64,000 nt of DNA from Camelus ferus (lineage: Eukaryota). Made by a program: the position numbers and the translations under genes. The stretch spans positions 15,130,001-15,194,000 of the forward strand of contig NC_045696.1 of the NCBI RefSeq assembly GCF_009834535.1. The letters run 5' to 3'. The notes under the pieces are model-generated. The model was given only the letters and a program-made list of their open reading frames with translations. It was not told the origin of the DNA and searched no databases. Below are positions 54,090 to 64,000 of the stretch, in pieces. How positions within the stretch are numbered: the first letter of the stretch is position 1; the number at the start of each line of letters is the position of its first letter.

Positions 54090-54552
54090 TATTTTTATTT
54101 TTTAATTGAAGTATACTCAGTTACAAAATGTCAATTTCTGGTGTATGGTATAATGTTTCAGTCATACATATATATACATATATTCTTTTTCATTATAGGT
54201 TACTACAAGATACTGAGTATAGTTCCCTTGGCTGTACAGAAGAAATTGTTTTTTATCTATTTTATATATAGTAGTTAATATTTGCAATCCTCAAACTCTC
54301 AATTTATCCCTTTCCACCCTCTTCTCCTCTGGTAACCATAAGATTGTTCACTATGTCTTCGAGTCTGTTTCTATTTTGTAGATGAGTTCATTAGTGTCTC
54401 TTTTTTCCTTTTTTTAGATTCCACATATAAGTGATATCATATGCTATTTTTCTTTCTCTTTCTGGGTTACTTCACTTAGAATGACGATCTCCAGTTCCAT
54501 CCATGTTGCTGCAAATGGCATTATTTTATTCTTTTTTTATGGCTGAGTAGTG
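54090..54552 (-). mobile_element. Young L1 3' end nested in an older L1MC-like 3'UTR
   Basis: T-rich tail, then ttgaagtatactcagttacaa...ggctgagtag; TSD gagcagttt at 54081-54089 and 54553-54561. Confidence 0.92.
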
Positions 54553-54682
54553 GAGCAGTTTAAGGTTCACAACAAAAGAGTGGAAGGTACAAAAATTTCT
54601 TATATACCTCTTTTCCTCTCACATGCACAGCCACTCCCATTATCAACATTTCCCACCAGAGTGGTACATTTATTAAAATTGG
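54553..54682 (-). mobile_element. L1MC-like 3'UTR fragment (host)
   Basis: aggttcacaacaaaa..ggaaggtaca...cccattatcaacatttcccaccagagtggtacattt. Confidence 0.75.
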
Positions 54683-55849
54683 AACCCTTCTCATTCTCCA
54701 ATGAGATCTTCTGAATACGATATTTCTTGCCTCAATACCCCTTACATATCTCCTCCTGTCAGCTGGAGTAATATTTCAATTCGTGTTCTCAAAATAAAGG
54801 AATCCCAATTTGCTTTGTTTTTCAAGGCATGGTATAAAATTAGCCAATTAATGTAAAGAGAATATAATATTACCTCCTTTTAGGGCAAAATTAGAAAAAA
54901 ATAGCAAGAATGATAACTCATGTTGTTCAGTCTTGAGATGAAAAAGTCCTCTGTTCCCAATTTTAGATGTAGTTGTAAGTATATCCTACTTGGCTGGGAT
55001 AAGAGTGATCTTGGAACATGACTGTGCATTCAGTTTCTTCATTACAAACAATAAATACACCAAATTGATGAAGAGACAAACTCAGGGATGAGTGAGGAGA
55101 AACCCACTTTGGAAAAGAAAAGAGAATGTGCTATTCTGACAGAAAAGATATAAACTTACAGGAAAAGGAAACAGTAGGGAGAGCTGGGGTTAAGAAATCA
55201 GATGAGGATCTGGTGAAAGTCCCAATCACTGTGGGGTGTATGGTTTAATATGAATTTCTACCTCCAAAATGTCAGTGCTCCTCAAGATTCAGTCTGTATT
55301 TGCTTACTCTTCGTTGAGTCTACCTGGGAAATTCAAATCACTTTCAGGTTTTTTTAGAATAAGGTTTATTGGTTTATTGCAGAGACTTACTCGTCCACAT
55401 CCCCCAATGCCGCACATTTGTTCCCGCATCTTTTTGCAGGATTTCGCTGTTTTGATATTCTACTATTAAGTGCTTCTCAACTAATTATTTACTGATTTGT
55501 CCTTTTCATCTGGCCTTTCTTCTGAAGATTTTGACTCAGACAATCTAGGAAGGGAAGAACCTGAGAGTTGTTTATTTTTAAAATCTCCCCACTGAGTACC
55601 TCTTATATATAATCTGTGATCCACACTACCACCCATGAATCTCTCCTCCTTGTCCTGTTATATTTCTATGGTTCATAAATATTGAATAGTCTCTCTTTCT
55701 ACAGAATAGGGGAGAATCAAGGTTGCACCCACAGCAGTCTGGCCTTTGCCTCCCTTTTCATCTTATGTTTTATTACCCTGTAGGGCATTTTTTATTTCAG
55801 CCCTCCTGATCAGAAACACACTTTACACAGTCTAGCATCCACACTTTAT

Positions 55850-56195
55850 TCACATTTATCACCAGCCCTGAAATATCCTCCCCTTCCTTCTCCCATTACC
55901 TAAATTTTATCCAGCCTTTGGATTTTAAATAAAATCCATCCTGTCTGGTAAATCATTCTCAGACAGCCATGAACTGCAGTGATTCCTTCCTCCCTTTTCT
56001 GAACTCTCAATGCCCCTATATATTCTACTTCTAATTTGTCACTCTCCATACATTGAGATGAATTATCCGGGTTTTTCTTTTTTTTTCCTCCAAAGCATGA
56101 CTTTGATCTACCAAAATGACCTGTAAGAAAATGCTTTTGTCTTTCTCCAAATGCCTTGTATAGTACTTTGTACATAATACATTTGTAATAAGATG
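55850..56195 (+). mobile_element. L2 3' end
   Basis: gccctgaaatatcctcccc...aatgccttgtatagtactttgtacataatacatttgtaataa. Confidence 0.55.
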
Positions 56196-56296
56196 TCTAT
56201 CTGTATATCTAGTCCTGGCTATGAAGTAACTGGTACCCCAGAGAACTATAAATAAAATAGTCACCCAGCCATCCTGAGTGTCAGAAAATGTGTGGT

Positions 56297-56340
56297 TTTT
56301 TGTTTTGTTTTGTTTTGTTTTGTTTTGTTATTTTGTTTTG
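56297..56340. repeat. (TTTTG)n simple repeat
   Basis: Read directly from the sequence. Confidence 0.9.
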
Positions 56341-56539
56341 CCTCTCACTTGTCACTGAGTTGATCCTACCAACTTTTATCTACAGCTCCCTGGGAATGAG
56401 TTTCTGCCTTTACAGAGCTGCCATAGTCCCCATCAAAGGCTTAGACTGCTTGTGCTTTTTAACTGGATTATCTTGTCCACCTCTCATGGTCATAGACTCC
56501 TGGTTCTTGATTCTTTCTTGCACTTCTAGCTCCTTCTTA

Positions 56540-57464
56540 TTTCTTTCTTTTAATTTTTTGAGTGTTTTTTATTGAAGTATAGTCAATTTACAATGTTGGG
56601 TTAACTTCTGGTGTACAGCATGTTTCAGTCATACATATATATGTATATATTTGTTTTCATATTCTTTTTCAGTATGGGTTACTAAAAGATATTGAATATA
56701 GTTCTCTGTAACTTGTTTATCTGTTATGTATATTAATTAGTATCTGCAAACCTCGAACGCCCAATTTGTCCCTTCCCACCCCCTTCCTCCTTGGTAACCG
56801 TAAGTTTGTTTTCTATGTCTGTGAGTCTGTCTCTGTTTTGTAAATAAGTTTGTCTTTTTTCAGATTCTACATATAAGTGATATCATATGGTATTTTTCTT
56901 TCTCTTTCTGACTTACTTCACTTAGAATGACATTCTCCAGGGTCATCCATGTTGCTGCAAATGGTATTATTTTATTCTTTTTTATGGCTGAGTAGTATTC
57001 CGTTGTATAAATATACTACAACTTCTTTATCCAGTCATCTGTCAATGGACATTTAGGTTGTTTCCATGTCTCAGCTATTGTAAATAGCACTGCTATGAAC
57101 ACTGAGGTGCATGAATCTTTTTGAATTAAAGTTCCCTCTAGAAATATGCCCAGAAATGGAATTACTGGATCATATAGTAAATCTTTTATCAGTCTTCTGA
57201 GGAATCTCCATACTGTTTTCTGTAAGAGCTGCACCAAACTACATTCCCATCAACAGCATAGGAGGGTTTCCTTTTCTCCACAGCCTCTCCAGCATTTATC
57301 ATTTGTGGACTTTTTAATGATGGCCATTCTGACTGGTGTGAGGTGATACCTCATTGTAGTTTTGATTTTCATTTCTCTGCAAATAATTAGTGATACTGAG
57401 CATTTTTCATGTGCCTATTGTCCATTTGTATGTCTTCATTGGAGAATTGCTTGTTTAGGTCTTC
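56540..57464 (-). mobile_element. Young 5'-truncated L1 (ORF2 C-terminus and 3'UTR)
   Basis: Peptide [15 protein letters not shown]...[10 protein letters not shown]...FIAVLFTIAETWKQPKCPLTDDWIKKL; 3'UTR similar to 54.1-54.5 kb. Confidence 0.93.
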
Positions 57465-57949
57465 AGCTCTATGCTCTTCTGATCCCAATATGCCAAAATG
57501 TTTTCAACCAATGGCTTAGAACTACCATCTTAAGAGGGCAAAAGGTAGTATTTGAGGTGGGGAGAAATTCTATGTTCAAATAAAATTGAAATTGCTGGTA
57601 TAAACAAATTAGTGTCCTTTAACTCAGTGTTTTAATATATGTATTGCACATCTTGTATAAGAGAATAAATCTGGTTGCATTTCTCAGAATTCTGCACAGC
57701 AGCTTGAAAACCCTTCCTGATTATTGTTTTAGAGAACTCCCAATCCTGGCCATTTCTTGCCTTCCCAACAGAGTGACTGATGATAAAGTGAAAATTCATA
57801 CCTCGGCTAGGCTACATCAAATGTGATTCCATAAATAATCTTCTGCTTCCCTACCTAAATATAATTGACCCTTTAAAGCATATGGAAATTATTTCCATCT
57901 AAACAGCTTAATGAGTGTTATAATTGATTTAATGACTCACCATGGAAAA

Positions 57950-58130
57950 TTAGGTCAACATCAGATTTTGAGAATCTACTGTGTGAAAAACACTATGAGA
58001 TATGCCAGGAGTATAAGAAAAAATAGGACTCCACCCTTGGTCTTGAGGTGTTCACAAACTGCTTGGAGTGACAGTCTGATAAAAAAGGATGAAAGTATGA
58101 TACATGTGGTTAATGCTATGTCCAAAGCAG
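57950..58130 (-). mobile_element. L2 3' end
   Basis: tcaacatcagattttgagaatctactgtgtgaaaaacactatg...cttggtcttgaggtgttcaca. Confidence 0.6.
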
Positions 58131-58563
58131 CAACAGAAACCTGTTACTATGGAAATCCAACAGTCAGGATCTGGCCTACTGAGTATCTCAGTGATGGTCA
58201 GTGGATAGAAGAGATGATGTATGATAGGCTTCTTCTGGGGTTTCTGCTCAACCTATGGCCACCTCTGAAAATTGTCTCCAGCCCTGAGGGCTTCATTCCC
58301 AAAGCCACACGTACCATGAGATCAGTCCTTGTAATTGTTAATGGGATGGGCATGTGGTCTGACTGAGGAAATCAGCTTTGAACAGAGCTTTTCTAGTGCT
58401 TTGTTTGTGAACAGTAGATCCTTTTAGTTTAGTCATGCTAAGTTATCTGGAGATGGATCCACAATTTGGGTCAAAGAGAGCATTATGAAATGGTGCTGAG
58501 CCACAGAGGGAAATAACACCAAGAGACTAAATGACGTCAAAGAGTTAGAGACAAATAGGTTGC

Positions 58564-58920
58564 TGCTGTGAGTTAAATGTACATGCCCTCCCCAAATTTC
58601 ACAGGTTGAAACCCTCATTCCAACTGTGATGGTATCTGGAGGTGAGCCCTTTGGGAGGTAATTAGGTCATAAAGGTGTAATCCTAATGAATGAGATTAGT
58701 GCTTTAATGAGAAGAGACACAAGAGAGATAATCTCTCTCTACCCTGTGAGGATACATAAAGAAAGGGGTCATCAACAAACCAGGAGGAAGGCCCTCACCA
58801 TACATGAAATCTGCTGGCACCGTGATCTTGGACTTCTCAGCCTTCAGAACTGTGAAAAATAAATGTTTGTTATTTAAGCCACTCAGGCGATGGCAGTCTG
58901 TTGTTTACCAAACTGATCAA
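58564..58920 (+). mobile_element. MLT1A-type MaLR solo LTR
   Basis: ctccccaaatttcacaggttgaaaccct...gatcttggacttctcagccttcagaactgtgaaaaataaatgtttgttatttaagccac. Confidence 0.88.
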
Positions 58921-60049
58921 TATGACTGACTTGAATTGTGATGGCTTTTAAATTCTCAGTACCATCTCTCACTAGCCCTGACAATACTTTCACCACTTAG
59001 ATTCACCCCAAATGAATCTCTTGAGCATTTCTGTTCTTTGTAATTGAACAATCATTAACTAAGAAAGGCTATGTTGAATCAAATCGTACAGAAAAGAAGT
59101 TGAGATGAATTTGGGTTACAATGGAAAGAGGAACAGGAAGTGTGGCTAAGGTGAAGAAAGAGTCTAGGATGACAACAGTTTGTTAGCTATTGGATAAGCA
59201 TGAGTAATCATCCTCTTATCCTTCTCCAGTTTCCCGAAGCATCTCCTCTGAAAGAGTCAGCCATTTAACAATGTGGTATTCAGATAGAAAATATTAAAGA
59301 ACACTAATTCCCTCACCTGAACTCCAACCCTGAATGAGTAGAGCTCAATATAGTATCACTTGATTCAAAACAATGCATAGGGCTAGATGACAATATGATT
59401 CCCTCTTCTGAAGCTCTGTTTCAGTTCTTTTCCTTTGTGAACCCAACCATAGCCATATTTATAGGATTGGGTACATCCCTTGGTTTCTCTCTCCTTTGGG
59501 CCCAACCAGCTTTCGAGCTCCTACTTGGAATATGTGGATTGAAAATTTGTATTTATTTATTTACATGTATGTAATTTATGTACGTATTTATAAAAAATCT
59601 TTTTCCAGGAATTGGAACTTATTTAACGAGAATTATGTGCACTCCACCCTCTTTTACGTGGTAGAGTATTAAGATACAGCCTCAAATGTCAAAGTAGACC
59701 TCAATCCCATCACTCTATTCCCCTTGTAGCTCCAACTGTTTCATTCCTCAATACATCTTAAAACCCAAGCACTTACTATATTTTCTCTTTTGATAAAAGG
59801 TGAAGTTCTTCTTTTAGCTTTGGGATTAAATAGATATTTAATAATAGAAAATTGTGTAAAGTTTTCATACCTCAGTCCCCAAATTTATAAAACCTGTGGG
59901 TAATTTATATTATCCAAAGATTGTCATAACAGTAGATTTTTCTATCCTTATCAATCCCAATTATATCATAATATACTTTTTCCTTCCTCTCTCAATATTT
60001 GTTCTCAAGTACTCATTTTACTGAGTGTGTCTTGCACAATATTTTAAAG

Positions 60050-60300
60050 CTGACATTTATTAATCACTTATTGAGAATTAGACACAGTTCTAAGCACTAA
60101 ATATTATTAAATTATTTAGCTTTGTGAAGGCCCCATTTGCATCACTCTCCACATTTTATGCATGAGGAGACTGGGTGAGAGAAAAGCGTATTAAATTACT
60201 TTCATGGTGGTCAGGTAGTTAGGAAATAGATGAATCTAGATTCAAATTTTGACTGTTGGGCACTAGGGCATATGTGTCTGGCCATTATATCATACTGCTT
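60050..60300 (-). mobile_element. MIR SINE
   Basis: ttattgag..gacacagttctaagcact...cattttatgcatgaggagactg...gattcaaa. Confidence 0.7.
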
Positions 60301-61036
60301 CTCACTTCAACTGTTATCTCTCTTTCTTACTTTGTCTTGCTGCAAAGACATCACTTGCTAAATTGAAGAATTCTGAGATAGCAGAGGAAAGTTATGGAAG
60401 ATTACAGAAGTAGAAAATGAATGATCAATGGTGTTCCAACTGCATGTATGTATGCATGCAGTTCTTCTGTAATTATTAACAAAACAGTAAAAAAAATATT
60501 GGGAGGTGTTCATCACCTTCATCATAAGTTCATTATTTTGTTGTATTCATAATTTTAAAGATGCACCTTAGTACTGTTGTACTGTTGTAATTTTGTTCCT
60601 TAAATTCCTTAAATTATAGTCTCATGCTTTTGCCCACCAAGACTAAATAGAAATGGGATAATAATTTCCCTCTCCAAGCTTGTAAATAAAAAATATTTTT
60701 ATAAGCAAAACATTCAGACACCCAAACTCCACAAGCTGTGTTATGGTCTTGCAAACGGCATCATCTCCTGGTTGATATAATTGTACATTTCTGCCTGTAT
60801 TTGTACATTTCTGTTTGCTCAAATAAAAATCAGCTGTAGGAGATTTAAGAAATCTCTAGTTCTGAAAGGTTATATTTCTAAATTTGTTTTGAACAGTACC
60901 ATATATATGTGATATCATATACATATTATATATGCACACTAAGTAAATATTATTGGATTACAGTGTTCGTTTAAAACATTTATGTGAAATTGTCAGAAAT
61001 GAAATTCAGATGTAGAAGAGACTTTACAAATGAACT

Positions 61037-61222
61037 GTGGGAAATAGAGAGCTGCTTTTCAATGAGTATAGAGTTTCCTTTATGCAAGATGAAAAAATTT
61101 TTGAGATCTGCTGTGCTTATAGTTTTAGTTATAGTTAAGAACACTATACATTGTGCTTACTGTTAACAGTACTGTACTGTAAACTTAAAGATTTCTTAAG
61201 AGGATAAATCTCATGTTATTTT
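61037..61222 (+). mobile_element. L1MA/MB-like 3' end fragment
   Basis: ttcaatgagtatagagtttc..tatgcaagatgaaaaa..gagatctgctgt...ttaagaggataaatctcatgtta; flanking aatgaact repeats. Confidence 0.75.
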
Positions 61223-61555
61223 TTAAACACAATTTAAAGAAATAATGAACTCTGTTACCCTTACATTTTGTAAGTTTGGGAACCAAGACCCAGAAAAGTT
61301 AAGTGACTTTTCCAGTATAGCTAATGAATCACAAAGCCAAGATAACAACACACAATACATGACCATCCTTGCATGATGTAAAGCCTGGGACATAGTAAGA
61401 AAGCATTGAATGCATTATAAGTGTATTATTATTTCCTTGTCCAGTAAGTTTATTTTTGCTCCTTTTTCTTAACTACGAATTAACTCAAGATTTCAAAATA
61501 GAGCCAGAAACTGGCTTCTGCCTACGTAGAAGCTGACTAAATGTCATTTTAGAAA

Positions 61556-61700
61556 CAGATGTGCAGAGAGTGATAGGAATGCAGACTTGATCTGTTTGAC
61601 AGATGATATCTTCCCTGCACCAAACAGCTGGATAAAAGCAGGATCAAGAAAGAAAGCAATTGAGTCAAATGTCCAGATGTTTGATACAGATGCCCAAATG
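61556..61700. promoter_or_regulatory. Candidate enhancer: cluster of 8 E-boxes and an AP-1 site
   Basis: CAGATG x4, CAGCTG, CAAATG x2 and CAATTG within 145 bp; TGAGTCA at 61661. Motif evidence only. Confidence 0.35.
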
Positions 61701-64000
61701 ATTAATGTTTACATAGCCAAAACCATTGAAAAACAATTTTCCAAATTGTAATCGATTTAGACATTTAAAGAAAATGATAATAAACAAATGATATTTGGTT
61801 GACATTTTATCAATTTCTTCTTAGAAATACTTTATATAACTTTATATAGAAATATGACAATATGTGAGTCCATGAATCAGCTGCTTTATTTACTGGGGAA
61901 AAAATGTGATTTAGAAGAACCAAATGTCCCAGAGTCTTATTTTGAAATATGTTGTTTCATTCAGTGGGAGAAAAAGTCATGGAGAACCACCATCCACATA
62001 ATTTTGATTACTAATCACCAGGAGAAAATTAGTCATTACCCAAAGGATATGACCTTGGAAAACAAAATTATTTGAGAGTAGAGTCATTTTAAGAAGACTT
62101 ATATTTATACTTTGGACCAAATACTTAGATATAGACCAGTCCATAAAATATCTTGATGAGGGAATTTCTCTAATAAATTAATAGGCATTTTCTTCAATAC
62201 TTGTGGAAACCAGTGTATATAAAAATGAAAATATGACTGATCAAATTGTATTATTAATGTCCAGTAATTGAAAACATTCATTTCTTAACCAACTAAAGGT
62301 AGTGATAGTATTCCTTTTTTTTTTTAGTAGAATGATCTGGTCTTTAGGAACTGCAATGGCTTATATTCTCGATGGTAAATATGGTGAGAAACTTTATGTT
62401 TTGAGTGACTCTAGTTAAAGCAGCCTTAAATCCAGTAGCAGTCACTTGAGAACTCCAACAACTAACTTACTTGCCTCTGTAAGCTACAGCCCATCCTTAC
62501 CATCCATGTGTTATAGCTTCTGTAAAGAATTAGATGTTCACATTGGAAAGTCACTTGGGATGCTAAAAAAAATTTAACTTAGCTGAGTCAAGAAGCACAA
62601 GTCATTTAAACCAGGTTTTGTTTATTGGCTTTCTTTTGTATTATAAAGTAGAATAAACATAATAATTTTAAAAGTCTTTGAAATATAGGTAACCTATTCC
62701 CCTAGGCCTCTATTATTATTATTATCATCTCTATTCCAGATCAGAAAAACAAATCAATTTCTTCATTCTTTCTCAGGAAACAAGGTAAAGGTTTAAATGT
62801 TGCTAAATAAAATTTGACAAGTCAATATGATAAATGAAAGCTGGTGAAAATATGCAAGGTATTCTTCTTAAATGCACATGATCGTGTGTAAAAATTGAGA
62901 CAGTTTTAAAGCTAAATAACAATAACAAAAACAAAAATGGGTTAGGGATAGGTAAGTGCAATCATTTATAAACAGTTACTTTAATGAGCTGGATGAGTGA
63001 AGAAAACAGCCAAATAGAAAAGATGGTGCATTTTCAACTACATTTGAGGGTAAATCACATCTTGTCTTGGAAGTAAAAGTAGCAGAACACCCCAACAACA
63101 GCTGTAGATGTAGTAGTTGATTTGGTGGTTTTTGTCTCATCCAGACTTTTTTCAGAGTTAGTATCCTTCAGCATCAACTGTTATTTTAGTAAAATACAAT
63201 CAAAAGAGCAAAACTCTCTTATGATTCTACAGAAATATTGAGTTCTGTTCTTTTGAAACAAACACTTAACTAAGCTTAAAATAGATTTGAAAAAAAAAAA
63301 AAAAACCTGTGTTTTCATCAGATTTTAAAAATTTCTTCAGATATCTCCCCAAAGCTTAAAATCCCTTGGTTGTATCAACAAATTATTCAGTGAAGACTGA
63401 TTGGGAGAAGCAGGGATTCTGGCATCGTATATATAGAAAGAAAAGAAAATAATTACACCAACTGGATGTTTTATCCTCATATGATTCTTGAGTGAACTGA
63501 AATCAGTTAGCTCTCTTAATATTGACCAGATATTCTGGAAATCATATTGTTTTCTGAAGTCTAAATGTACCTTGAGTTTTCCAAGGGCGAAGACTTGGCC
63601 AGCTTTCCAGTCTTGATTTTGAAGTTTACTAATCACATCTGAATAATGGTAATAAGGGTAAGCTGGATTTTGGCCCTGCTTCTAGAACTTTCAAACATGT
63701 GGAAAGTTTACCTTATCTCTGTGAACATTTATGTATTTATGCCTTCAGCAACCCTTTCTCAAAGAACCAAGAGGCTATAGGAAAGAAGGGAGAACATTCA
63801 ATAAGAGTAGGAGTGATTTGAATTTCACTTGACCTAAATAACCCTCCACGTGCCAAAAACAATGCCTGGAAAAATATATCATGTGATTATATATATATAA
63901 AGTATATATATAAATTTTTTTGTTGTTAAGTGTTTGGTCGTTTCTAGGACTTTCTCTGTTAAAGACACTGCCAGATACTTAACTTCAGATCAGCATCCAG

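Noticed and set aside
57911..58366. Longest ORF in the window (151 aa)
   Set aside because: Its first half overlaps an antisense L2 remnant; no recognisable domain; consistent with a chance ORF.

Overview
AT-rich, CpG-poor mammalian genomic DNA, intergenic or deep intronic. A tRNA-Ala-derived SINE matching the camelid Vic-1 family (about 25.4 kb) suggests a camel, alpaca or llama genome. I found no intact protein-coding gene, RNA gene or CRISPR array; the ORF track is explained by LINE remnants, one retrocopy and chance ORFs. The window is a layered record of transposable elements: old L2, MIR, CR1/L3, MaLR, ERVL and hAT MITEs, plus younger L1 3' ends, an intact ERV1-type solo LTR and the SINE. 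Most notable: (1) a 5'-truncated EEF1A1 processed pseudogene nested in an L1 with poly(A) and TSD; (2) an LTR16/ERVL provirus with both LTRs, PBS and a matching 5-bp TSD, invaded by an L1 and then collapsed by deletion; (3) a perfect 65-bp tandem duplication; (4) a dense E-box/AP-1 cluster in repeat-poor DNA that may be an enhancer; (5) a tail-to-tail L1 junction. I see no evidence of a new biological system. Repeat family names come from recalled consensus sequences, and boundaries of old repeats are approximate.
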